Assembly (NCBI GenBank): GCA_964016885.1
Contig: OZ024740.1
Coordinates: forward strand, 349,122,001 to 349,186,000
From: Eledone cirrhosa
Taxonomy: Eukaryota
Direction of reading: 5' to 3'
Length of the DNA: 64,000 nt
The notes under the pieces were generated by a model. The model was not told the origin of the DNA. It made no database searches and was given only the letters and a program-made list of their open reading frames with translations. A program made the position numbers and the translations under genes. This document shows positions 36,339 to 48,775 of the stretch, piece after piece; positions within the stretch are counted from its first letter, which is position 1; every line of letters starts with the position of its first letter.

Positions 36339-39146
36339 TTTTACTTCTTGTTTTCTTGGAAATGGAAAAAGGAGGAGAACTGTAGGATATTGTACAACTA
36401 AGACTCGCGGAACTTTATCTCGCAAATGATGTACCTTTCTGTGAATGATATTTGCTATCATAAGCATTTTTCTTATATACAATTCTTGAAACCGGAAAAG
36501 AAATTTAGATATACACATGGCGTAGACTTAACATATGAACACGGGCGGAACTAAGAATTATCTCGTGCGATAATGAATCCAGCGTTAATATTTCACTTAT
36601 GGGAATGAGGCAAAATTCATGTAATCTATATTCCTCCTGCACCCATCAAGTATGGGAGGAGTAAAGGTTGTCAGGGCAAATCACTTGTTCACTTGAATCA
36701 TTGTTTATTTACACCTTACAAAAATTCAGGGTGTGGCAAATAGTTTCCACTGATAAACAGAGAGCAAAGTAAATAATCAATTCTCGAACATTTCATTAAT
36801 TAACTAATATTAAAAAAAACTGCACCGGAACCTAATATCCAACTAGCTGTCATAAATATATCTATTATACAAATCGGAACGTCATCTATCGTGGAAATTA
36901 TATAATAGTATTCTTCCAATATATTTGGAAGTTGTTTTGATAACTACACTATGATTAATAGTGTTCATAGAAGTGTAGATAGGGGTATAATTTAACTACA
37001 AATCAAATAATCTTAGGCAAAGGCAGAAACTGAAGATCACATTTAAGATGTACAGGAACACTGCCTAACCAGAAATAATCATAAAGGCAAATATTTTATA
37101 GAAGAGTCTAGCAACGATGTAATCAATGCAATGAGAAATAAATAACAACTGCTCTCAGGTGAGCTTCAACGTTTGTAATTACGAAGACTCAACATAACAG
37201 GATGAAATCAAACATGGAGTCTTTCCAAAGACACTCCCAAATGTAGATACTAAAGTTCCTTGTTCAAGGAGGTTCAACCAAATACAAGGGGTAGGATTGT
37301 ACATAACATTATGGGCTTCGATCAATTTTAACAAAATACAATTAATGATATTTAAATATTAATATGTAAAACATTATATTCAAAGGACTAATCAAGTTTA
37401 TGCAATGTCTAATAAAAAGAAATTAATTCATAACGTGTTACTTGAGAGTATAAACAATTGCTGGTAGGGGATAAGTTGCAGTTTTGCACACTCCAGACTC
37501 TATGCAAGTTGCACCCAACCTGTTCGTGCCAAATACCTAAGCCAAAACCAACACGGGTAAACAAAACAACACACAGGCTTACTGTCCAGGAAGTATGCTG
37601 AGGTTGCACGTACAGCCCCAACGAAAATCAGTCACATCAAAACTCGCGACCACCACAAATAAAACCCACAGAGTCGCCACCACTGATACCCACACAAATG
37701 CCGTATCAGCAGCCACCACTGACACCACAAATATCACACCAGTGCTACATGTCAGATACCTGGTAAAACTGACCAACATGTGTAAGATCACCTACCAAAG
37801 AGACCTAGCCACAAGCAATCAAACAATACGCATGACACTAACTTAAGCTCACCTGACAGCTATCATAGCAGATATGGAAATACACATACCAAAATATGTT
37901 GTATTTCGTACTGAAAGGAAGAAGAGAACTCGTGGTAGAGTTACTTTGTACATCCATGAAGATGTCACATCAATAGTACTGTTGTCACATTCCAACTCGG
38001 TCTGTGACACGCTAAAGATACACGTCAATCAAAATAGTAATATGTGTCAGATATTGACCACCAGATGCCCCCAGATTTGAGGGCAATTTTGAAGATTGTC
38101 TCAGAGGGATTAAAGAAGTGCTGATCAAATTGGGCCAGAACCACAACACACTACTGAGGTTCAATGGCCCGAAGGTCAGCCACTCTCAGGAATGACGGTA
38201 CTTGAACAAAGGCAGACAGAATCCTTGCTGTTCCTTACAAACAGATTCTTCATGGAACATATAGCAGAACTTGGAATGTATATTCCGGTGAAAACAGTAG
38301 ATATACAGCTAACAGGAGCAACTCTGTCTCTTCCCAGCTTACGGATAGGCTACTTTGCCGGTCCCGGTAAAGTAGACACACATGCTTTTAAAGCTTATTT
38401 TACAGGACCCTCGTAAATATAAATAGTGCTAGTGTTGGGTTATGGTTCAAATTGTCTTATTAATTGGTGAAAATAAATAAACTTCTGTGTTAAATCTATG
38501 TGTTGTTATTTTTAGCATTACCTGCCTTAATTAAAATGGTTTCTGATTTAGGCACAAGGCCAACAATTTTGCCAGGACACACCATCCTATTTCTTTTATT
38601 CAAGTTTTATGTTTACGTAGTTACAAAAATTCAAGCTGTGTTATAGTATATGTTTATTGAACGACAGGCAACAAAATAATAGGGTTTTTTTTCCGTAGAA
38701 TTTCGATTTTTATTACCTTATCTATTTGGTTCTGGTAATCTATATTTTCATATATCTTAACAAAATCATTGTTAAAGTTGTGAAGTGTTTCACCTAAATA
38801 TAACTCAATTTTAGCAAAATAAAACCTGCGTAACCTAGAACAGATTTTCGACTTGAAAGACACAAACATTCATCTCGGCATAATTGTTGAGAAATAATTT
38901 GAAATTGTCGTTTTTAAACTTACAATATATTACATCATATGTAAAGAAAAAAATGTGTTAAAAACAATCTCTAGATTTGTATGGAAAATATACAAGGGCT
39001 TATGTTATGTAGAACAAAGTAAATCAGTTACACTAATATAGTACTTGTCAAATATAAAGACCTCCTTAATTAACTAATATAAAAATACTCATCACTTTAC
39101 AGTTGCTGAATGTTACCTAACTATTACGTCATATATTTAGTTGATA

Positions 39147-39847
39147 CTAGCAGAATGGCCCGGCGTTGCTCAGGATTCTAAACATAGATTGGCATGTTTA
39201 TCCCTCCTTTCTGAAACAGTACAGAGAAGTACGGACTACCTCGGCCTCGGGATGATGTCTACATTTTGTGCTTATGAAAGAAATCGTCGTAGATTACCAA
39301 GGGTTGAACTTAATTGGGTGCCTGAGAGTAAAATGTTCAACCCACGAAAGCCAAGACGATAGGGTTAAGTAAAAAGGCATTCGACAAACCGAACAAAGCA
39401 AAGAATCGCTGTTTTCACCCTTAACGGGATCTACTGAAACTAAAAAAATCAATCTGTGAACGCAGAAGTAAATATTTCGAAAAACGTTACACACTATATA
39501 TACATATACTCACACTATATATACGTATATACACACACACACAGATAGCGAATGTCATAATGGAGACAACCAGATATACAGATAGATATTATAAGGGTGC
39601 GTCGTTATAGCTATGTATCTATCTAAAAGGACAGACTAAGAAAGAGAGAGAGATCTTAACCGGCGCCTAATGCGGTCCCTAGGGCATTTAAAATTTGGAA
39701 TATTTCTGCTCAATACACTCACACGACCATTAGTATTACATGTATATAGTTTGAAAAATAACAATTGGGTGGTTCTCGAGTTTTAGGGAGACAGACAGAC
39801 AGACAGACAGGCAGACAGACAGACATTCTCTGTTTTAGATATATAGA
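39147..39847 (-). mobile_element. Non-autonomous Helitron (duplicate of 5407-6116)
   Basis: Same termini and hairpin. Confidence 0.75.
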
Positions 39848-42800
39848 TAATCGTAGAAATTATTTAGTAGTTAGTTCAATTCATAATATTTTGAAGAGTT
39901 GTTACTAATTAGAATATCATTAATGGTGTTTCGACTGTATTACTTAGGAATTTCTAGTGAAACTAACAGCTGAACATTCGACCTGTAGTTTGAAGATGCC
40001 GCAAATAATTTGAAATATATAACGTATGAGTGTGTTTGGGGTCGATAAAATAAAGTACCAGTAATGCACTGGGTAATTGCTGGCCTTGTGCCTAAAGTAG
40101 AAACAATTATTCTATTTTACATATGTGTGAGTGTGTGTGTGTGTGTTCATATTCTAAAATGTTTCAAGCAAACTACAACGCTCTCTTCTCTTTACACTTG
40201 AGCCAGAGACAATTTGCAACCGTCAAATTACTTTTCGGAATAACGGAGAAACCCTGCGTTAAGAACGACGTACCACCCAACATCAGCAGAAACATCCATT
40301 TCTCTGGATGTCTACTTTCCCTAATTTTCAGAAACATTGTAAACCACATACACCGCACTTGTTCCAAGAAGTTCATATGAAATTTCAGCCGTGAAGTTCA
40401 ACTATTCATATAGACACTCTCTGAGCGCACACCACTAATAATATTAAACCTGAAGACCTGTTCCTTAAAACCGCTGAAGCAATCGACTAATTTTACCACT
40501 CTTGGGCCCAGTACAAAAAGAAACGAAAATTTGAATGTATTCTTAACAAACATCAGTTTACCCCACCACACCAACACGAAAACCAGTGGAGAGTTGAACC
40601 AGGAGGCCACCGTAGACAAGACCACCATTATCACCGTAACGGACCCGCAGTTGCGCGATACGGAACACTTCGTCACCAACCTAACCGAATCCTTCTCAAA
40701 CGCCGAACTTGAATTCCTAAGCCTCGACCCATAATTCAACGAGACTCAGCGGCTTATTAGGCTGCATTATACTAAGAGAGTCGGACGCTATGCTTTGACG
40801 CATAGAGTTACGGCCCTTGCCATTCTGATTTCAAACCCCTCCGAGGTTAACTCTACCTTTAATCCTTACGGGGTCGATAAAATAAAGTACCAGTAATGAA
40901 CTGGGTAGTTGCTGGCCTTGTGCCAAAAGGAGAAACAATTATACTAATTGCAGCATCATTATGTGGCGTTAAGGGCCCTTCTGCTGACATTTAGCCATTC
41001 GGATATTGGAGACTTGAGTTTCTTAACCGCAAGGATATTTTGTTGACATGATCTAGCTGAAAATCCTCTCTGGTGATTCTGCTTTCAAACATATATATAT
41101 ATAAATGCTTTCTTGAGTTTGATAAAATTTCGCATTTAGTCATGTTAGCGGCGCGATGTCAGCAGTATCGCCGACTACACACTACGAAATACTCAGAGTT
41201 ACTTCATTTAGCGTCCATTAAAATAGAAACACGATGCCTCACAAACGATATGGAGGACGTTTTTGTTTCTCCTCGACCAAATCCAACAGGAACTCCTATC
41301 GGCTGCCTCTGATATTGCCTTTAGGTCTTTGGACCTCCTCTTCCCAGAGACAGAACATTATTTCATGAGATTGTAGGCAGATTTTCCCACAAAGTCGCCG
41401 GTTCCAATCTCCGTGGCGAGAAGTTTGACTCGGAACTCGGCTTCCCTCAGGCTGTTGGACACACTGGCATAATTTCCGGTCTTTAATTCGCGTACGTTTA
41501 ATCTACTTTCATATGACATGATTAGTTCAGTCAAAATCAGCTGTTATAATGAATTGGAATGGAATACGATATCCAGGATCAAACCAACATTTCGGATGAT
41601 TTCTGGTTGTTTCGCTGATCCTCAGAGGTCTCCTGTACACTTCCAGTCGTTCGATATATTCGTGTCTATAACATAACGAGAAACAGAATATCACAGAATA
41701 TACTGAGTTGCATAATATTGCTTGGAGAAATATTATTATGAAATGAAATCATTAGATGTGAAACGTAGTTACTGACATTATAAAACCAACACTATAAAAA
41801 TATATACGGTTGCTATTATATATGCTACCTTTATATAAATACTAAGACACAACATAAAACGTTAATCTAGGATAAAATAAAACACGAAGTATCAAGTTCA
41901 GAGATTTAACAAAATAAAAGTTGAAGAATTGAATACAAAAGCAATGTTCCTGTCGTATATGTTTTTTATTAAAATAGAAACAAAAGAATATTATAATGAT
42001 TTGTTTTAAGTGAAAAAGTATAAATGTACATACAAAAAATATTTTTACATATATTATACGCATATGAGAGATTTTGACTGCCTATGCACCTGTCTATGCC
42101 ACAGACTCTCAAATCGGAATTAATACTTAATTTATCAATCTAGAGATTTGAACACGGAATATAACAGCACGTAACTCAATACGATAAAATATTTTATTTA
42201 TTGTTACACTAATTCTGAAATTTCCAACACCTGTTTGTAGTATATAACAATAATAGAGGCAGGTGTGTTAAACTTCAGCAGGTAGATTTGAAATCTGTTA
42301 AATCACGAATATGTTTACGAAGTCACAATAACTAAGATGAGTAAATATTGATTGAATATCCCTCATTAAATCGCTATTACATATAGGTCGTTCATATTGG
42401 TCTAAATTGATGTATATATATATATATATGTATAAATGCATCTATATACATGAAACTAACCAGTTTATTCAAAACTAAAAGTATTCTATGTCGAATGAAT
42501 AGAAGTAAAGATCCACACACACGTAGCCAGATCAGCGCCTATGGTGGTGAGTAGGAAGGTAGGCCTAGGGCCAAGGACACCAGAGGTCTACATTTCTAGG
42601 GGCTCGACTGCAAACCTGTCGGAAAATGACCGATACGTAGAGAGTTTACCCTACTCAGCCCCTATTGCATAAGAGCCTGGGTTAGTTGCAGACTGCAGCA
42701 GGTTGCCTGTATGTGGGACCTAAATTTTGGCAATAAATTTTGGGAATAAATGTTGGTACAACATATCAAAATCAAGTATTAAATTTGAGACTCTATATTT

Positions 42801-42989
42801 CTGTTAATATGATATCATCGCTTCAATATCACATACAAATATATTTATGAACTATATATGTATGTCATGTTAAAGAATGTCAAAATATATAAAAATATTA
42901 TAATAACCACATGGTGGTCAACAAACTTTCATAATATTATGAATACATTTAGCGTTACAACGCAGTTTAAAATTTGGTAGTTGATTGTT

Positions 42990-43517
42990 TTACGACACAT
43001 AATCGTTTCCATTTCCCTCAGTTATCACATCAACTTTCCGTGCACAAACACAGGCTGTTGCCACATCTATTACACTTGGACTATACACATACAGTCCATC
43101 AACACATTTATTTGTACGATTGAGGACTGTCATTTTAGTATACACTGCCACACATTGGTGATTGTTGTCAGAGCCTAGACAGTCTGTACAACGACACACT
43201 ACTTCTGTACGTGATGGAGGGAAGACTGTTGAATTATGGGTAATCTTCAGGTACCAAGGGCAAGTTGAACGTTCACTGATGATATCAGAGGAAACAGCAG
43301 ATGTTGGACAAGTTTTATCTCCCTCTGTGAGTATAGGATGATTACTTTCTGCTGGAGCCATTTCAGCCGGTAGAAAGAAATTGTTGCCAATGGCTGCACT
43401 GGACAGGCTCTCGTAGCGGACTTTCAAATCAGTGGGTATTTCACATTGGGTGTGGATTGGTAACGAAGACATGATGAAGATGTAATTGAACATCACAATT
43501 ACAATCTGAAGAAGAAC
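42990..43517 (-). CDS. IL17: IL-17-like cytokine, gene 5 (subtype B), exon 2
   Basis: 168-aa ORF extended to acceptor tttcttgtag| at 43518; 7 substitutions versus gene 2. Confidence 0.92.
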   Translation of the reverse strand, partial: VLLQIVIVMFNYIFIMSSLPIHTQCEIPTDLKVRYESLSSAAIGNNFFLPAEMAPAESNHPILTEGDKTCPTSAVSSDIISERSTCPWYLKITHNSTVFPPSRTEVVCRCTDCLGSDNNHQCVAVYTKMTVLNRTNKCVDGLYVYSPSVIDVATACVCARKVDVITEGNGNDYVS

Positions 43518-44863
43518 CTACAAGAAAGAAGAATATATTTTAGACAAATGGGGTAGCTTACATTTAACATGACTGTAATTCATCGTGATAAAAACAATGT
43601 AAGATTAATAAAGTTATCTAGAAATAGATATGAAGCTAATAGAAACTATGTGAAGGGTTTATTGTATATATTAAATGAGCGGTTAAAAGCAGTCATATTA
43701 TTTACAATATACTTTTTTGCTGATAAGATGTAAAAGAATACACCAGCCGGTGTATTTATTTCAGGCGAGATAGAAAGAAAGTAAGAGAAAAGGAAGGGAA
43801 GTATAATACAATTGGAGGTGTTAGAGGCGACATATAGAAGCGGAAGTTCGCAAGTAAACAATTCAGTTCTACTTGTTGACGTATTGTGTGTAGTGACTAA
43901 AATTTAGCGACATTCAGAGATATTATAACTGTATTAATATTGGAGTTTTGAAATTAATGTCATATTTCTGTCTATCATTCTAGGTTTCCTGATGTAAAGT
44001 AAGCTGAAATGTTTTATTGTGTAATTTATTTGAATAGACATGTATAAAACATGCAGGATACTTTCCCTCCATTTCACAATTCTATTAAATTATGAGTAGC
44101 GATCATTCTGTCTACAATTTGACTGGATATGATTATGTTATGTTATTTGTGAAACTATCGCACCATACGTATAAAATAAAAGTAAATATAAAAATATAAA
44201 TTGCATATGTTTCTTCCTACCATAATTTGAAAAGAATACAACATAAAATACACACATAAAATTTAATATAATATCTACAAACATAAATGCAACAACACAG
44301 TGTGTTGAAATAAATTTGTGTTGATTTTTCTATATATATCGAAAAACAAAAACAGTTAAATCATGTACTAAGTATATAAGTAGAGAAGAAGCATATCAAT
44401 TTTATAGAAAGATCACTTCAATGGGGCTAGAACTGCTTCATTCATATGAAATCATCAGGAATGTCCTGATCTTTTCATACGAATGCAACCGTTCGAAACC
44501 TATAGGAGTATTTTTTATAAACATATTATATATATACATATTCTAAGGACATGATTTATGATATATGGCTCTGATTATTTAATTTATTAATTCTTCATAG
44601 AGCTACAACGTGACCGGTTGCAACATATATATCTATGACTTTATGTTTATGTATATGTAAACCTTTATATTTAATAATCTCCCGTGAGGTTGAGATACAA
44701 TTGGGCGATATTAGACTGCGCTTTCTAGCAACAAGCCTACCCGCCGTAAGCAACTAATCACATTCTTTCTAACTTGACAACTGCCACGTCACGATTCTTA
44801 GCCATTTTTTAATCTATTTTTGGCGCGATCACTTTGGAAAACTAAATGTCTAATTTTGAGTTT

Positions 44864-44942
44864 GTCTCCTGATGAATCAAATACTCCAGACATGTTCTAT
44901 TAATTGGATGTCTAAAAATACGGATGAAACCATGGTAGAGAT
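44864..44942 (+). ncRNA. Type I hammerhead ribozyme motif in the intron of IL-17 gene 5 (duplicate of 15560-15638)
   Basis: Core, stem I and stem III are identical; differences are confined to distal stem II and its loop. Confidence 0.7.
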
Positions 44943-45319
44943 ATAATTACGGTATGTACACATTTCTTCTAAGTTTGAATTTGCACCTAATTGTGTATGG
45001 TTGGTGGTATATTTAGTCAGTTTCTACACGCTGTCGAAATGTTAGATAAATACTCTTTCGGTTATTTGTCGGAAGACTTTATTCTTATAGCTTGGTCTAT
45101 TTGATTTTTTATATGGTTAATTATGCTAATTCGGAGAGGAAAGGGTATATATTTTATCTAATAATTCTAAGGACATGATTTATGTTATATATATATGTAT
45201 ATATATATGTATTTATGTATATATAAATATATATGTATATGAATATATATATATATATATATATATATGAATATATATATATATATATGAATATATATAT
45301 ATATATATATATATGAATA

Positions 45320-45387
<68 letters not shown>

Positions 45388-45501
45388 TATATATATATAT
45401 ATGTATGTATGTATGTGTATATATATATATACATGTGTGTGTGTGTGTATCAGTGTGTGCATGTTTGTGATTTTTTGCATCTATATAAATATATATAAAT
45501 G

Positions 45502-45568
<67 letters not shown>

Positions 45569-45918
45569 AATATATATGTGAAGACTAAAATCTGAGGATT
45601 ATATATATAAATATATATGTATATAAACCCGTAGAGTAACTATTTATTATAAGCACAGATTAAAGTTTAAGCAAAGAATAGCTGCTTTCACCCTAAACGT
45701 CATCTTCTGACATATTTATAAACATTAGTACATACAATAATATATAATTGCTTCTACTTTTAGCACCAGGCCAGCAACTATTCCAGTGCATTACTGGTGT
45801 TTTATTTTATCAACCCCGTGAGGATGACAAAGAAACTTAGTGGGATTTAAACCCAAACCGTAAAGGGCCGTAACTCTATGCTGCAAAGCATGACGTAATA
45901 TAAATTAAATGTACTTAC

Positions 45919-45933
45919 TTTAGTTATCATCAT
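45919..45933 (-). CDS. IL17: IL-17 gene 5 coding micro-exon 1 (MMITK)
   Basis: ATGATGATAACTAAA|GTAAGT. Confidence 0.8.
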
Positions 45934-47383
45934 TATACGACTTGGTAAATTCGAATTGGATAAATAGGATCGCTGAAATTTTACAAATAATATCTGAATG
46001 CTTCAACTTCTCAGGTGATGTACGTTCTCATCAATGATATCTGCTGTCAAGTGTTCTTTTCTTATATGTTGTTTTAATTCCGGAAGGGAAATTTTGATAT
46101 GACGTTACACATAGTGTAATTTGGATGTTTTAAAAATTGAAATGCGGATATAACTTATAAATATATGCTGTGAGACTAAAACCCGTATTTTTTACCCACC
46201 GACCGGAATTATACGAAGTTTATATGAACTACATAGGAGGAGGTAAATTTCCTAGGGAATACAACTTATTTGAATTAATCATTATTTGTTTACATGTAGC
46301 TAAAGTCCAGTGAGTGGTAGGTAGTTTCCATTGATACACATGTAGCTGAAAGAATAATAAATTCTCTTCGCTAGTATTTCTATTTTTAGTACCTTTTTTC
46401 TTTAATACGACAATATATATGTTTAGATATCTTAAAAATAAGTCATTGTTAAAGCGGGAATATTTTCATTTAAGTAATGCTTTAATAATAAGTGAGAGTA
46501 TTATTAACCATGTTACAACTACTTGAATTAGGATTTTGAAGTAGTGCCGCATAGAATGTTACTGTTGTAATGTGTATTAACCGCAAATAATTCAAGTTTC
46601 ATTTGCTTTTGCACCTTTTGCACCTTTTGTAAATACTTTATAAATCTGTTTATAATTGATCATAGCATAGAGAATCGTGTAAACAACCACATTTTATGAA
46701 AGTAAAAGCAGTAAAGCAAAAAAAAATGGAGAGGAGAGAGAGAAGGAGAAGATAGTATTTAAAGGGATAAAACGTATAGCAGATGACGAGAAATATATTG
46801 ACGTTGAGAAGTAAGAAGTAAACGGCTCAATACAATGAATAAATATATTAGTTTAACTCTTGAAATAACAGGGAAAGAGTCTTAACGTGTTGGCCACTAG
46901 TCCTTCATCAGCAGATAGAATGACAAATAAAAGAAGAAATAGAAAGATAAAGAATGACAAGAAGGAAATGCATGATATTCGCAGATAAACAGCTAAGCAA
47001 AACAATTTTTAATCTAGTACAATAGAGATAAATTAGTATATATTAAAATTTCATACACATAGTATGTACGCGCGGCATTAAATTTCGGTGTCCAATAATA
47101 ACCATCAATGTATAGTGGAGGAGCTTTCTGGCCTTATTCGTCAGGCGTAAGGACAACATTGAAAAAAAAAACGTTACTTTACAAAATACGGTCATATTTC
47201 CTGAAGAGTTCGCTCACACATGTTGTCATTACCACAACAGAAGTCCGACGGGTTTTTGATTCCAGAATCGCGCTAGATCGATACAGATCGAACCTTGAAC
47301 TGATTAATAGCGAAACCACTACTCAATAAACGTAATGAAGACATAACAAATCGTCTGTATTATTATTATTATTATTATTATTA

Positions 47384-48751
47384 GTCTAAACGGACGTATT
47401 TTGCTCGCTCACAGTAAGTCGCTTTATTTGCCTGTTTAAATTATTTGTTGTTAAATATTTCTTGTTGTGTAAGGGATACAAGCCCTTAGACTTTGCCCCG
47501 TGAAGGGGAAAGTACAATATTTGGGCCTTTTGGCCCAAATATTTGAACTTTTTTTTACATGTTAAAAAATTTACGAAGAAAATAATAAATACAACAACAA
47601 TATCAACACCACTAACATGAAAACAAATAGCAACAACACCAACAGCAACAATACCAACTGCACCGAGAACAACGGCGGCAACAAAGACAACAATGATAAC
47701 AGCGACAGTGCTAACAACAACACCAACAAGAACAACGTTTGACTGAGTTGCAGTCCTGGGTCAAGAAGAGACCGAGGCTGGGTGACTGGCATCTGGAATG
47801 TTGCCTGGCACTCACTGCCCTCTACCAGGCGGGCAATGCGGTCAGTGGAACTTCCACTCTCGAGTTCTATAGAGGATTAGTGGTGGGCAAGTGCGACGAC
47901 GCACTCGGAGAGGCTCTAGGAGTCAACGAAGTCGAACTAACCAGTCTGTACCGGAGGACTTTCGAGCCGGGGACGATGGATAATTTCCAAAAATCCCTCG
48001 CTTGGCAGTGCTACCGGGTGGCACTACCGGTTCGAGATAAACTTTACAGGTACGGAAGTGCTGTCAGACGGACCTGCTCGAGATGCGCGCAGAGCGACGA
48101 AACCGTTCGGCATGCACTCGTCCAGTGTCCGTGCATTACTGACTTGTGGAGTTATGTTGAAAAGCTGTTGTCGCGTGTAGAACGGATCCGGCTATCGGCC
48201 GAGTCCATAGTGAAGATCGACCCGCCGCCTTCTTTTGGCCAGGAAGGGCAGGCAATTTTCCTCTGTCTGGTGGCAGTAGCGAAAGAGGTTGTATGGTGGA
48301 CGAGGTTGAAAGGACTGAAGACAGACACTTTTCTCTTCGGCCAAAAGTTTCACTTGGAAAGGAAGGTAAGGGTGGAGAGAGAAGTGCTGTTCCTCAGTAC
48401 ATTTTCTGAAAGGTGGGTGAATGTGGCGAGAATGGCCCGTGTGAGTGGGCCTACTCTGGTCATGCGGCTGTAGGTAGGTAAATTTGAAGAGGAGAGGGGT
48501 GCCCTTCCAGAGTTCTCTCGAAGCGTCGGGTCGTTCAGGACTGGTGGGGTACCTGAGCGAACCTTAGGTGGTCATCCCTCTATTGGGGAATGTTTTCTTG
48601 TTGTAATTTTCTTGTTACTTTATTGTTACTTTGTTATTGCTACTTTGTTATTGTTATTCATATTGTTTACTCGATTTTTCTGTAAAACCCCACTTTCCAG
48701 TCTTTTGTATTGTCCCCTATATGTCGGCCCTTGTGGCCAATAAATGAAATC
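47384..48751 (+). mobile_element. Internally deleted L1/Tx1-like retrotransposon (5' end fused to ORF2 C-terminus and 3' UTR)
   Basis: ORF 47739-48473 has the CSRC...ETVRHALVQC zinc finger and is homologous to 56990-57722. Its 5' part resembles 52196-52400. It ends CTTGTGGCCAATAAATGAAATC(ATT)8 and is preceded by (TAT)n. Confidence 0.8.
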
Positions 48752-48775
48752 ATTATTATTATTATTATTATTATT

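Larger units (their letters stand above)
33819..47210 (+). repeat. Segmental duplicate of 1-~18320
   Basis: Collinear and near-identical (offset 33818 at start), including shared SINE/Helitron insertions. It lacks the equivalent of ~6420-10940 and ~17413-17925. Confidence 0.95.

Noticed and set aside
47060-47155. Minus-strand CUGACGA...GAAA as a hammerhead
   Set aside because: No convincing stem II or stem III, and the paralogous site (~18170-18255) lacks the core.
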